Shown here: positions 51,482 through 61,941 of the stretch, in pieces
How the letters are laid out: each line of letters starts with the position of its first letter
Numbering within the stretch: the first letter of the stretch is position 1
Assembly: GCA_963805975.1 (NCBI GenBank)
Contig: CAWDVR010000003.1
Coordinates: forward strand, 512,001 to 576,000
Origin: an uncultured Acidobacteriota bacterium
GTDB lineage: Bacteria > Acidobacteriota > Thermoanaerobaculia > Multivoradales > SZUA-115
Reading direction: 5' to 3'
Length of the DNA stretch: 64,000 nucleotides
The notes under the pieces: model-generated
Told to the model about the DNA's origin: nothing
Databases searched by the model: none
Seen by the model: only the letters and a program-made list of their open reading frames with translations
Position numbers and translations under genes: made by a program

Positions 51482-53504
51482 TCTGGGCCGTGCCCGGCCT
51501 CGGCCAGGACGCGGAGGATGTCCTCTCCGTGCTGGCGCACGCGGGTGGGGCCCATCCCGGCCACGGCGAGGAGCGCCGCCTCGTCCCGCGGCCGGGCGGC
51601 TGCCAGGGCGCGGAGAGTGCTGTCGTGGAGGATCACGAAGGCCGGCACCTTGCTCTGCCGCGCTGCACCCAGGCGCCAGGCTCGGAGCGCCTCGACCAGC
51701 TCCGTGGCCGGCTGCGCCTCCGGCGGCGTGGTCTTCGAGGCTCGGGCCTTGCGCTTCTTCGGGACCGCCTGAGCCTCCTCGGGCAGAAGGACACCGGTGG
51801 TGGCCTCCGGGCCGCTCTGGAAGCCGAGCGGCGTGAGGCGGACGCGCTGGAAGGAGATCAGCTTGCCCTCCTTCTCGAACGAGTCGGCGGCGAGCCGTAG
51901 CAGCCCCGCCCGCACCAGCCCTCCGAGCAGCCGATCCAGCACCTTGCGGTCGAGCGCCCCCGTCTCGCCGCCCAACTGGCGGTGGAGCTGGCCGGTCGAG
52001 AGGCCGTCGCGCTCGCGCAGGCCGTCGAGGACCTGCTGCATCAGCCTGGCCTCCTGGGCGCTCGCCGGCCGGAAGTGGCGGACCGTCGAGGTCTCCGGCA
52101 CGCAGGCGTCGCACAGGCCACAGGGCGCGCCCGAGTCCTCCTCGTCGCCGAAGTGGCGCACCAGGTGCAGCATCCGGCAGCCGTGGGCATCGGCAAAGCG
52201 GAAGACGAGGTCGAGCTGCGCCAGCTTGTGGTCGCGCTGCGCGCTGTAGGGAGTCGGCCAGTCTTCGGAGCCGAGCGCGGCGTTGCCCTCCGCATCGACC
52301 ACGGCGCCGCCGTGCTGCCACAGCTTCTCCAGGGCTTTCTCGAGTACCTCCGCATCCAGTTTCAGCGCCGTGCGCAGCCGTTCCGCGGGCTGCGGCTCCG
52401 CTTCGAGCCGGCGATGGATCGATGCGAGGACCGCCGGCTCCGGGTAGTCCCGGGCATGGAAGAACTCGTGGGTGCGGCGGTCGGCCCAGGAGTAGAGCAG
52501 GATGGCCCGCGACGGCTCGCCGTCGCGCCCCGCGCGGCCGATCTCCTGGTAGTAGCCCTCGAGGCTCCCGGGCAGCCCGGTGTGAAGGACGGTGCGGACG
52601 TCCGGCTTGTCGACCCCCATGCCGAAGGCGATGGTGGCGACGATCACCTCGAGCGCGCCCGCGAGGAAGGCCGCCTGCACGCCGTCCCGCGCCGCGGCGG
52701 TCATGCCCGCGTGGTACGCCGCAGCAGCCAACGTCGGCTTGAGCCGGGCCGCCAGCTCCTCGGCCTCCTTGCGCGTGGGCGCGTAGACGATCGCCGGCCG
52801 CCGCGCCGGGCTCGGCCAGCAGCCGCTCGACGACCGCGTGGCGCTGCGCGGGGGGCAGCTCCACGACCTCGACCGCGATGTTGGTGCGCCGGAAGCCGTG
52901 GATGAAGCGGGCCGCGGGCGCGAGGCCGAGCTGCTCGACGATGTCGTTCTGCACCCGCGGCGTGGCGGTGGCGGTGAGGGCGATCACCGGCGCCGGCCGC
53001 AGCAGGGGGAGGCGCTGGCCGAGCAGCCGGTAGTCGGGCCGGAAGTCGTGGCCCCACTGGGAGATGCAGTGCGCCTCGTCGATCGCGATCAGCACCGGCT
53101 TGCGCCTGCGCCAGCAACTCCGGGAAGCCGGGAACCCCGAGGCGCTCGGGGGCGATGAAGAGGAAGTCGAGCGCGCCCGGCGAGGTAGTCCTGGCAGGCC
53201 CGGCGCGAGTCTGCGCGGTCGCGGCCGGAGTGGATGCGCTCGGCGCGGAGCCCGAGGCGCTTGAGCTTGGCGACCTGGTCCTCCATCAGCGCGATGAGCG
53301 GCGACACCACCAGCGTCGTGCCCGCCGCGGGCCAGTCCCGGGGAGCTGGTAGCAGAGCGACTTGCCGGCCCCGGTCGGCATCACCAGCAGCACGTCCCGG
53401 CCCTCGACCACCGCCCGGCAGACGGCCTCCTGGTAGGGCCGGAACGCGGGAAGCCGGAAGACCGAGCCCAGCAGCTCATGAAGGGTATCCGGCGACGTGA
53501 GCAT
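51478..53504 (-). CDS. recQ: RecQ-family DNA helicase with HRDC domain; several apparent frameshifts in 52700-53350
   Basis: [97 protein letters not shown], spread across several frames. Confidence 0.9.
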
Positions 53505-53577
53505 GGCCGCCATCTTACCGGGGAGCCGGTGCCTCGCTGCTAGCATCGGGCTCGCCCATGCTCGCACCACTCCTCCG

Positions 53578-54276
53578 ATGAACCAGCCTGAGCAGGGGCC
53601 GCTGCTCCCCATCCTGTTCCAGGACTCCTCGCTTGCCGTCGTCGACAAGCCGTCCGGCCTCGCCGTGCACCGGGGCGCGGCGCGCGACGCGGTGGTCGCG
53701 CTGACCCTCGCCCGCCGGCAGCTCGGCCGTTTCGTCTATCCCGTGCATCGGCTGGACCGCGCCACCAGCGGTGCCCTGGTCTTCGCCTTCGACCCCGGCA
53801 CGGCGCGCTCGCTCGGCGAGGCGTTCGCCGAGGGTCGGGTGGAGAAGAGATACCTGGCGCTGGTGCGGGGCCTCGCGCCGGAGAGCGCGGTGATCGATCA
53901 CCCGCTCCCGCGTGAGGAGGGCGGCCCGCGCGTGCCGGCGGTGACCGAGATCCGCCGGCTGGGAGTGTTCGAGCGCTACTCGCTGGTCGAGGCCCGGCCG
54001 GCCACCGGCCGCAGGCACCAGGTGCGGCGACACCTGAAGCACCTCTCGCTGCCGGTGATCGGCGACGTGCGCTACGGCAAGGGCGAGCACAACCGCCTGT
54101 TCCGCTCCCGCTTCGGCCTCCACCGCTTGGCTCTCCACGCGCTCGAGATCGGCTTCGAGCACCCCGCGGGCGGTGGCAGGCTGAGAGTCGTGGCGCCGGT
54201 GCCCGAGGACCTGGCGGCGCCGCTCCGGGTAATGGGTTTGCCCCATGAAGTAGGATTCTCAGCCATCGATGCCTGA
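53578..54276 (+). CDS. RluA/TruC-family pseudouridine synthase
   Basis: [52 protein letters not shown]. Confidence 0.93.
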   Translation: MNQPEQGPLLPILFQDSSLAVVDKPSGLAVHRGAARDAVVALTLARRQLGRFVYPVHRLDRATSGALVFAFDPGTARSLGEAFAEGRVEKRYLALVRGLAPESAVIDHPLPREEGGPRVPAVTEIRRLGVFERYSLVEARPATGRRHQVRRHLKHLSLPVIGDVRYGKGEHNRLFRSRFGLHRLALHALEIGFEHPAGGGRLRVVAPVPEDLAAPLRVMGLPHEVGFSAIDA

Positions 54277-55588
54277 TCGACCCCTTGCCCCGCACGTGGC
54301 CCGCGCGCTGGGCTCGAGCCCGCCGAAGGCTCTTCCGGCGGGCGGCGGCAGTACAGCCGCCGCGTTGCAGCGTCAACCCGCTGCGCCTGCGCTGCCGCGG
54401 CCCGCCGCACACGTGGCTGCGGCGGTCACGCGAGGCCGGCTCTCGGTGCCCTCCGCCCAGGCCAAGCTCGCCGCGGTCTCGGCCGCGTCCGGGCACGAGG
54501 CGCCGGCCCGTGGAGCCCTCCCAGTCTCAGTTCCACCTCTCGCGCCGCACGTGGCGGCCGTGGTGCGGCCCTCCGTGGCTCGGAACGCGCTACGGCCGGG
54601 CGCTGCACCTCCGCTCCAGGCCAGGCCGCTGCCGGACCACGTACGGCGAGCGCTGGCTCCTCCCCCGGCCGGGCTCTTGCAGCCGATGAAGCGCCCGCGG
54701 CGCGCGGCTTCGAAGGGAGTGAACTACAGCGACGAGCAGGCGTTCGCCGTCGTCGACCGCGTGGAGCAGAAGGACCAGGAAAACTACGAGAAGAACCTGG
54801 CCGAGGTGCAAAAGGCCTACGGGCGGCTGGAGGCCAAGCGGAAGAAGCGACGGGTCGGTGACCAGGGCGAGTCGCAGACCATCTACTACGTCAAGGGCCC
54901 GGAGAAGAACCCGGAGATCCAAGAGGTGACGGCCTTCTCGGTGGACAAAGTCCGGGTCCGCGATGCCTACGAGGACGCGCAGTACGGCAGGCTCCAGCAG
55001 CAGTACTACTTCGTGCCCAGCACCTCCGGCGAGCAGTTCTTCTCGCTCCAGAGCGGGAACGACTTCGTGTTCTACAGCCTCAAGCAGCAGGAGATCGAGG
55101 TCCCGAGGCCGGACAAGAAGAAGAGGAAGCCGAAGAAGACCATCGGTTTTCGTCGCGAGGGAAACACCGGACCGTCCTACGCCGAGGTTGCCGCCACCGC
55201 CGACCTGGCGGTGCAATGGGTGCTCGACAACATCGAGGGCTACGACACCCTCAAAGACGCACGCGAGCGGGTGGGCAGCGACATCAATCGCCTGGCCGGG
55301 CGCCTGGAGCCCAGGATCGCCTATCCGGGCAAGTACCTCTGGACTCGGGCCGGTCTGAAGAGCTTCGCGTTCATCATCCGCGCCGACAAGAGCCGAGTGC
55401 CGGAGGCCACGCCCTACATCGAGAGCGTGCTCAAGGGGCGCACGAAGAGCTTCACCGAGCGTTTCGGCAACGACAAGCCGATCTACGTCGGCACCGGCTC
55501 CGGTGTGGGCAGTGGCCCCTCCCGCCTGCGCGAGCAGGCCTCCGAGGATGGCTACGACTCCGAGTACTCGGGCGACGAGAAGGACTGA
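54269..55588 (+). CDS. Orphan protein with an xxHV/Q-motif repeat N-terminus and a charged C-terminal domain
   Basis: 439-aa ORF. N-terminal ~137 aa has four xxHVxxA/V repeats alternating with QRQ, QAK, QAR, QPMK; the remainder is K/E/Y-rich. Confidence 0.7.
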   Translation: MPDRPLAPHVARALGSSPPKALPAGGGSTAAALQRQPAAPALPRPAAHVAAAVTRGRLSVPSAQAKLAAVSAASGHEAPARGALPVSVPPLAPHVAAVVRPSVARNALRPGAAPPLQARPLPDHVRRALAPPPAGLLQPMKRPRRAASKGVNYSDEQAFAVVDRVEQKDQENYEKNLAEVQKAYGRLEAKRKKRRVGDQGESQTIYYVKGPEKNPEIQEVTAFSVDKVRVRDAYEDAQYGRLQQQYYFVPSTSGEQFFSLQSGNDFVFYSLKQQEIEVPRPDKKKRKPKKTIGFRREGNTGPSYAEVAATADLAVQWVLDNIEGYDTLKDARERVGSDINRLAGRLEPRIAYPGKYLWTRAGLKSFAFIIRADKSRVPEATPYIESVLKGRTKSFTERFGNDKPIYVGTGSGVGSGPSRLREQASEDGYDSEYSGDEKD

Positions 55589-55672
55589 TAGCCCAGGGTG
55601 TCTTCGCCCGGCCCAGCGGATCGCGGGGCGTAGGGCGCTTCACCAAAGCTTCAGGATCGCTTCAGCCGGGTT

Positions 55673-56030
55673 TCAGCGGGCCCGAGCCTCGCCGAGCACA
55701 TCGCCGACAACACCTTCCCGCGCGTCGGTCGAGGATCTCTTGACCATGAGCTCGCTCCTGGAGTGCGACGACGACAACCAGTTCTCCGTTGGCTCGATGA
55801 AGAGATCGAGGCCTTGGGTCGCGCGTGGCCTGGCGTGGAAGGCCACGGCGTGGGCGCCGACGACGAGATACCTAACGCCATGCTCGTTGAGCGACGCGAG
55901 CAACTCTTCGTAGTCGCGGGACGGCATCGATCCCTCGCGTCTTCAGGCAAGAGAGCAGGCAATCTTCGACGGCACGTACGCGCGCTTCGGGGCCCAAACC
56001 TTCGTAGCAGAACCGGAAGTCGGCTTCGGC
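55673..56030 (-). pseudogene. Decayed small-protein + nucleotidyltransferase (TA-like) pair
   Basis: LLASLNEHGVRYLVVGAHAVAFHARPRATQGLDLFIEPTEN is an NTase N-terminus with the first Asp of DxD lost, truncated afterwards. The overlapping upstream remnant EADFRFCYEGLGPEARVRAV...PRLRRVARV has no start. Confidence 0.6.
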
Positions 56031-56039
56031 GGCCCCCCG

Positions 56040-58754
56040 TCAGCGGGGAGAGGGGCTCTCCAGCAGCACCCGGAACCCGCGGTACTCCTCGCCTGCCTCG
56101 CCGGAGCCCTTGGCGTCGGCCGGGCGGTCGGCGCTGCCGCCCAGGAGCTTGGGTTTCCCGTCGGTGCCCCGCACCCACTCCGCGGCGTTGCCCCCGAGGT
56201 CGAAGACGGGCGGCTCGCCTGTCTGGTCCGAGCGTCCGACCTCGGCGAGCAGCGGGCCGACCTCCGGCAGGTTGCGGGTCTCGAAGCGCAGCGCCTGGGC
56301 CTCGGCCGGGGTCGGCGGATAGCCCGCCCAGCGATCGAGCGTGTTGGCGCCTGCCGCGCTGTCGTAGAACGAGCCGACCTCGCTCTCTTTGGGCAGGCGG
56401 AAGGTCAGCTTGAGCTTTTCGGAGAGCCAGGCCGTGTAGCGCTCGGCCTGCTCCGCGCTCAGGCCCGTCACCGGAAAGTCGTCGGTGCCGACCGGGACCG
56501 GATAGGCCGGGTCGAAGGCCGCGTACTGCGCGCGCGTCACCTCGAAGCGGCCGAGCTTGATCCCGCGGAAGGTCACCATCTCGGGGGTGAGGATCCCCGC
56601 CGCCGTCACTCCCAGGCGGGCCCCGGAGCGGGCCACGCGGCTCCTCGCCAGGAGCCGGGCGAGCGGCGAGCCGGGCTCGAGCGCCTCGCTCGCCGAGGGC
56701 GCGGCGTCGAAGAGATAGCGGTCGAACCAGGCGAGGTCCTCTTCCACCTTGCGTCGCTGGTGGGCGAGCTGGCCCAGGCCGTGCGGCTCGCCGGGGAAGA
56801 GCACCAGCCGCACCGGCGCCCTGCCGAGCTGCTGCAGGGCGCGGAACAGCGACCAGCTCTGCGACGGCGGCACGTTCCGGTCCTCGGTGCCGGTGTAGAC
56901 GATGGTCGGCGTCTGCACCTCGCCGAGGCGAAAGAAGGGCGATTTCTCGATGTAGAGCCCGGGGTTCTCGAGCGGCGAGGCGCCGAAGTAGTAGTTGTCG
57001 AAGGAGGCGCCGAAGTCCACGTTGCCCCAGTCGCTGATCCACTCGACGTCGGCGGCGCCGATCGACGCCGCGCGGTAGCGCTTGCTGCGCGTGATGAGCT
57101 CGACCGAAAGGATGCCGCCGTTCGACCAGCCGAGGGTGCCCAGGCGCTTCTGGTCCACCAGGCCCCGCGCCACCAGGTGATCGACCCCGGCCTCGAGGTC
57201 GGGGATCTCGAGGTCGTAGTAGTGGCCGGCGATCGACTCCACCCAGGCGAGGCCGTAGTCGCTCGAGCCGTGGTAGTTCACCTCGAGCACGAAGGCGCCC
57301 TTCTGCTGCAGGAGCAGCATGGGCTTCGAGACGCGGTCGTTCCAGGCGTCGTGGTCGGCGGCGGCCGGGCCGCCGTGGATGGCGAGCACCAGGGGCCGCC
57401 GCTCGCCCGGCCGGTAGTCCGTGGGGTACCGGAGGATGCCCTCCACCTCCTCGCCGCGGGCGCCGGGGTAGCGCACGATCTCGGCGGCGGGCAGCGGCTT
57501 GCCGTCGTAGCGCCGGTTGAGGCGCGTGAGCTGGGCGGGGCCTTCGATCTTCGCCCCGGAGAGCCGGGCCCGGAACCACTGCGCCGGGACGTTGGCCTTC
57601 GAGTGCTGGTAGACCAGGCTCGTGCCGTCCGCCGCCACCGCCCAGTCCCACAAGTTGCGGGCGTGCGCGCCTTCGAGGAAGGCGCGGCGCCAGCCGCCGC
57701 CGGCGCGCGTGTAGCGCGCCGGCTTCGAGTAGACGCCGTCCGCCAGCAGGGCGAGGAAACCGTCGCGGGTGGGCGCCACCTGGGAAGCGAGGCCGCGCTC
57801 CCAGTCGAGCGCCACCTCGGCGCTCTTCCCGGCCGCGAGGTCGAAGTGGTGGAGCCGGCTGACCGTGGCGGTGAAGTACTGCGGGTGGCTCGAAAAGCCG
57901 GTCGTGAAGTAGAAGCCCTTGCTGTCGGGCTGCCAGGCGACCGAGGTGGGGAAGAGCCGCCCCTCGAGGATGCGCCGCGCCTCTCCCGTCGCGAGGTCGT
58001 GGAGGAAGGCCTGCGGCACCACCGCGTGGTCGAAGGCGAAGGACAGGCTCTGCTGATGGAGGGCCACGGCCCAGCGGCCGTCCGGCGAGACCTCCAGGAG
58101 CTGGATCCAGTCCCGGTTCTCGGTCAGGCGCTCGACCTTGCCGCTCTCGACCGCCAGCCGGAAGAGACGCACCGGGGGCTGGCGCTCGCGGTCCTCCACC
58201 ACCTGCGTGGTGTCCTTTTTCTTCTCCCGGTCGCGCTCCAGGCGGGTGGGGTCCTCCTCGGCGGCGAAGACGACATGGTCGGGGTCCTGCCAGCCGTAGC
58301 CAACGATGCCTCGGGCCAGGCTGGTGACGCACCAGGGCTCGCCGCCGGCGAGCGACAGCAGCCAGAGCTGGCTCTTGGCGAGCTCGTCGCCCTCGTCCTT
58401 CTTGGCCTCGGGCCGCGGCCGGTCGGAGAGGAAGGCGAGGCGCTGGCCGTCCGGCGAGAACTGAGGGTCGGTGTTGCGGTCACGCCCGCGGGTGAGCTGG
58501 AGCGGCTCCGCCGCGCCGCCGTCCAGGCGCGAGAGGAAGAGGTTCGAGGCCCGCCGTCCCTTCTCCTCGTCCATCGCCGCCTTCACCCACACGGCGAGCT
58601 TGCCGTCCGGTGACAGGCGCATCGTCTCGACGGTCTCGGCGAGCAGCAGGTCGTCCGCGGTCCACGCCGTCGCCGTCGCCAGCGGCGGGGGCGCGGCGAG
58701 GCTCTGGGAACCAAAGACCAGGGCAAAGAGCAGGGCGAGGCGGGTTCGCGGCAT
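56040..58754 (-). CDS. Secreted S9 (prolyl oligopeptidase / acylaminoacyl) peptidase with a C-terminal FGE-sulfatase-like domain
   Basis: Signal peptide; SPDG propeller repeats; IHGGP, GWSNGG, EDRNVP, EPHG; tail FEVTRAQY, FRLPKESE, DLGGNAAEW, GFRV. Confidence 0.88.
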   Translation of the reverse strand: MPRTRLALLFALVFGSQSLAAPPPLATATAWTADDLLLAETVETMRLSPDGKLAVWVKAAMDEEKGRRASNLFLSRLDGGAAEPLQLTRGRDRNTDPQFSPDGQRLAFLSDRPRPEAKKDEGDELAKSQLWLLSLAGGEPWCVTSLARGIVGYGWQDPDHVVFAAEEDPTRLERDREKKKDTTQVVEDRERQPPVRLFRLAVESGKVERLTENRDWIQLLEVSPDGRWAVALHQQSLSFAFDHAVVPQAFLHDLATGEARRILEGRLFPTSVAWQPDSKGFYFTTGFSSHPQYFTATVSRLHHFDLAAGKSAEVALDWERGLASQVAPTRDGFLALLADGVYSKPARYTRAGGGWRRAFLEGAHARNLWDWAVAADGTSLVYQHSKANVPAQWFRARLSGAKIEGPAQLTRLNRRYDGKPLPAAEIVRYPGARGEEVEGILRYPTDYRPGERRPLVLAIHGGPAAADHDAWNDRVSKPMLLLQQKGAFVLEVNYHGSSDYGLAWVESIAGHYYDLEIPDLEAGVDHLVARGLVDQKRLGTLGWSNGGILSVELITRSKRYRAASIGAADVEWISDWGNVDFGASFDNYYFGASPLENPGLYIEKSPFFRLGEVQTPTIVYTGTEDRNVPPSQSWSLFRALQQLGRAPVRLVLFPGEPHGLGQLAHQRRKVEEDLAWFDRYLFDAAPSASEALEPGSPLARLLARSRVARSGARLGVTAAGILTPEMVTFRGIKLGRFEVTRAQYAAFDPAYPVPVGTDDFPVTGLSAEQAERYTAWLSEKLKLTFRLPKESEVGSFYDSAAGANTLDRWAGYPPTPAEAQALRFETRNLPEVGPLLAEVGRSDQTGEPPVFDLGGNAAEWVRGTDGKPKLLGGSADRPADAKGSGEAGEEYRGFRVLLESPSPR

Positions 58755-58809
58755 GGATGAGCTCTCCTCCGGCGGCGGATTCTATGACGACTGTCGTAGG
58801 ACCCCGGCC

Positions 58810-61800
58810 TCAGGGCCAGACGACGCGGCCGGTGTCCAGCATGAAGTCGAGCTCCAGCGACAAGGGCAGGCGCACCGGCACCACCACTTCGTCCCCTTGT
58901 CGCCGGCCCACGAGACCGAGCCGGCTGGCGATGGGGAAGCCGGGATGGTCGCGCACCACGAGCTCGTAGTCGTGGCCCAGCATCCCCCCGGCGAGCCCAC
59001 CCGTCTGCCGCACCTCGGCCTCGACGATCGCCTGGTAGCAGGCCCGGGTGGGGTCCGCCACGTCGCGGAACTGTTTCAAGAAGACCATGGGAACCACCCC
59101 CGCGGCCAGGTCGCCGGCCGACCCCGCGAGCTCGGCCAAGCCGGCGCCCAGCACGTCGGCGAAGAGCGCGACCAGGAGCTCCGCCGGCCCCCGCGCGTCA
59201 CCCACGGCGCGCGGCGCCTTGGCGGTCGGCCGGGCCTCGACGAGGCGCCTCGTCACCCAGCTTCCGGCCCCCGAGCCGGCCCCGGGCTCGGCGACCATGC
59301 CGTCCACCGAGAAGACGCCGCCATCGCCTTCAGGCATCCCGAGCGTGCCCTCGGCCTTGGGGTAGCCGTAGATCTCCCGCCCGGCCCGGCAGGCGAGCTC
59401 GGTGTCCACCCACAGGTAGGGCGCGAGGGTGACGATGCGCGCGGCGCCGTCGGGCGGCGTGGCGAGGAGCGGGATCAGGAAGCCGAAGTCCAGCTCGCGG
59501 ATGGCGGCCCGCGGCGCGGACGATTCCATCAGGGCGTTGTCCTGGCAGTAGAAGAAGGCGAGCGGCGCCGCCGGCCGGTAGCGTACCGGGCCGCCCAGGT
59601 GGAGGAGACGATGGCAGAGGGCCGCGAGGCTTCCGAGACGCGCCTCGACCGGGAACACGAACATCCGCGTGCGGCGGGCGATGAACGGCGGCACCGGGGT
59701 GTCGTTGCCGTCGAGCGGCACGTAGGCCGGGAGCTTGGACGCGGCCGGGCCGCTCAGGTCCGGCAGGCCGCTCACCCAATCGCCGGGGATGTGCTTGGGC
59801 TCGCCGGAGATGGTGCGCGCGGCGAGCAGGCCGGACATGGTGGCCGCCTCCACGCAGCCGGCGTTGATCGGGTTGAGCGTCCAGTCGCCGGCCAGCACCA
59901 GGTTGCCGTAGCCGGAGCCGCCGGCCGGCAGGCGCGAGGAGACCGTGCCGGGCAGCGAGAGGTTGTAGCGGTCCGAGAGGTTGGTGGGCACCGCGACGTG
60001 CTGGGCCTCGAACCGCGCGGCGCCGGTGCGCTCCTCGCGGTCGACGAGCAGCGACCAGTCGAAGCCCGTGCCGGAAGGCCGGCCCGCGGCCCGCGGCCAG
60101 AGCCAGCCGGCGTGACGCTCCAGCCAGCCGCGCGCGTTGGCGGCGGCGCGGGCGTGCTGCCGCCGGGCGTAGCCGTGGTCGCCGGGCGGTGGGATGGGCT
60201 CTTCGTCCGCCATCGGCGAGCAGAGGTAGGCGATGCCGCCGACCTCGCCCTGGCGCCAGCTCTCGCGCGGGACCAAGTGCGCCATGTCCGTCCAGGTGTC
60301 GTACGGCTCCTCGTAGGGAATGGTGATCGAGTTCCCGTGCCTCCAGCCCAGGCCCTCGAGGCTCGGCTTGTGCCAGAGCTGCATGGCCTGCGTCTGTGTG
60401 GTGCGGAGAGCCGCCAGCATCTGGCGGAAGCGCGGGTTGGTGGGATCGTCGGCGAGCTCGCCGCAGAGCCCGGGCAGCGCGCCGAGCGAGATGCCGAGCA
60501 CCACCAGGTCGAAGTCCCGGCCGTCCTCGAGCACGCGGGGAGGGAGCGCGTCCGGCCACGCCGTCCAGGCGTCCTCCAGGCTCTCGCCGCTGGCCCGCAG
60601 GCGCTCGCCGTCCACGAGCTGCTCGTAGAGCGGCTCGCTCGGCCAGCAGGGCAGGCCGTTGACATCGAAGAGCGGCTCGTAGGCTCCCCGTGCCACGGCC
60701 ATCTGCCGGCCGACGACCACGCGGGCGATGCGGCGGTGCCCCGGGTCGAGCTCCAGGCGGTCCACGCGGTGGAAGAACTCGAAGCGCACGCCGCGCCGGC
60801 GGAGCACCTGGTAGAGCGGCGCGAACACCACGTCGCCCATGCCGGCCTGCATCTTGTAGAGCACCGCGCCGCGGTAGGCGAAGAGCATGCGTAGCGTGTA
60901 GTGCAGCATGGTGCCGGCGCCGACCTCGTGCTCCACCGAGAAGATGCCGGCATACATGCCCTGGATCAGCGCGCAGTCAGCGGTCTCCGGCGCCGCGCCG
61001 TGCTTGGCGAGCCACTTCTTGAGGTCGATCGAGTCCATCTTCCGCCAGTCCTCCGGCAGGTAGACGACCTCGTCCTCGACCAGGCCGATGATGGTGGCGA
61101 TGGCAAAGTCGAGGAGCACCAGCGCGCGGCGGAGGGAGGGGACCTCGCGCAGCCGTTGGCCCAGCCAGCGCGCGCTCTCCCGCACCACGCGCGCCCGGCG
61201 CACGAGCTGGGCGAGGGCCAGGCGGTCGGCGCGCCGGCTCGGGTCCGGGTCGCCGAGAACGGCGTCCGCGGAGCGCATCAGGGCGTCGATCACCTCGCGC
61301 ACCGCGTTGAAGGCGGAGCGGCTGTTGCGCTGCCAGAGGCGGTCGATGAGCGGCGGCAGCACCACTTTGTCGAGCACCGCGTCGAGGGGCCTGCCGAGCG
61401 GCCCGCCGAGGTCGGGCGTCCAGGCCCCGAGGCGCGCCTTGAGGTCGGTGGGGGTGTCGGCCACCACCTGCTCGTACCACTCCGTCATGTGGCGCAGGAG
61501 GAGCTTGACGTAGCCCCAGGGCGTGGGGATGGGCCCGCCCTCGCCCAGGCGATGCTCGTTGGCCGGGAAGTCCCACGGCCACACGGACCACTGGCCGTTC
61601 AGTTTCTCGGTGAAGGTGATGCGCGGGTAGGGCTTGAAGGCGTCGGTGACCCGCGCGAGCGGCGCTCCTGCCGGCCGCCCCAGCTCCTCGTAGCACTCTT
61701 TCATGATGCGGAAGGCGTTGTCGTAGAAGCCGAAGAACACGTGGATGCCGTGCTCTTCGATGCGGTTGGCGAGCTCGCGGTTGCGGCCGCTCGCCCCCTT

Positions 61801-61941
61801 GCCGCCGAGCCGGAAGCCCATCTGGTAGACGGTGATCTCGTAGCGGCTCTGCCAGTCCGGGCGGCTGGTGAGGGAGTAGGCCGTGGCGAGCGAGGAGATC
61901 CCCCCGCCCAGGATGACGATGCGCTGCTTGCGTTCTTCCAT
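58810..61941 (-). CDS. FAD/NAD(P)-binding oxidoreductase (carotenoid desaturase-like superfamily) fused to an acetoacetate-decarboxylase-like domain
   Basis: ILGGGISSLATAY, RLGGKGASGR, EHGIHVFFGFY, AGDWT...AGCVEAATMSG; C-terminal YLWVD...GREIYGYPK, FLKQFRD. Confidence 0.8.
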   Translation of the reverse strand: MEERKQRIVILGGGISSLATAYSLTSRPDWQSRYEITVYQMGFRLGGKGASGRNRELANRIEEHGIHVFFGFYDNAFRIMKECYEELGRPAGAPLARVTDAFKPYPRITFTEKLNGQWSVWPWDFPANEHRLGEGGPIPTPWGYVKLLLRHMTEWYEQVVADTPTDLKARLGAWTPDLGGPLGRPLDAVLDKVVLPPLIDRLWQRNSRSAFNAVREVIDALMRSADAVLGDPDPSRRADRLALAQLVRRARVVRESARWLGQRLREVPSLRRALVLLDFAIATIIGLVEDEVVYLPEDWRKMDSIDLKKWLAKHGAAPETADCALIQGMYAGIFSVEHEVGAGTMLHYTLRMLFAYRGAVLYKMQAGMGDVVFAPLYQVLRRRGVRFEFFHRVDRLELDPGHRRIARVVVGRQMAVARGAYEPLFDVNGLPCWPSEPLYEQLVDGERLRASGESLEDAWTAWPDALPPRVLEDGRDFDLVVLGISLGALPGLCGELADDPTNPRFRQMLAALRTTQTQAMQLWHKPSLEGLGWRHGNSITIPYEEPYDTWTDMAHLVPRESWRQGEVGGIAYLCSPMADEEPIPPPGDHGYARRQHARAAANARGWLERHAGWLWPRAAGRPSGTGFDWSLLVDREERTGAARFEAQHVAVPTNLSDRYNLSLPGTVSSRLPAGGSGYGNLVLAGDWTLNPINAGCVEAATMSGLLAARTISGEPKHIPGDWVSGLPDLSGPAASKLPAYVPLDGNDTPVPPFIARRTRMFVFPVEARLGSLAALCHRLLHLGGPVRYRPAAPLAFFYCQDNALMESSAPRAAIRELDFGFLIPLLATPPDGAARIVTLAPYLWVDTELACRAGREIYGYPKAEGTLGMPEGDGGVFSVDGMVAEPGAGSGAGSWVTRRLVEARPTAKAPRAVGDARGPAELLVALFADVLGAGLAELAGSAGDLAAGVVPMVFLKQFRDVADPTRACYQAIVEAEVRQTGGLAGGMLGHDYELVVRDHPGFPIASRLGLVGRRQGDEVVVPVRLPLSLELDFMLDTGRVVWP

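Noticed and set aside
51478-53504. recQ as a true pseudogene
   Set aside because: All helicase motifs are intact and the indels cluster in about 650 bp, consistent with a locally poor consensus rather than decay.
56040-56650. Diversity-generating retroelement target (FGE/C-type lectin fold)
   Set aside because: No reverse transcriptase and no template-repeat copy in the window.
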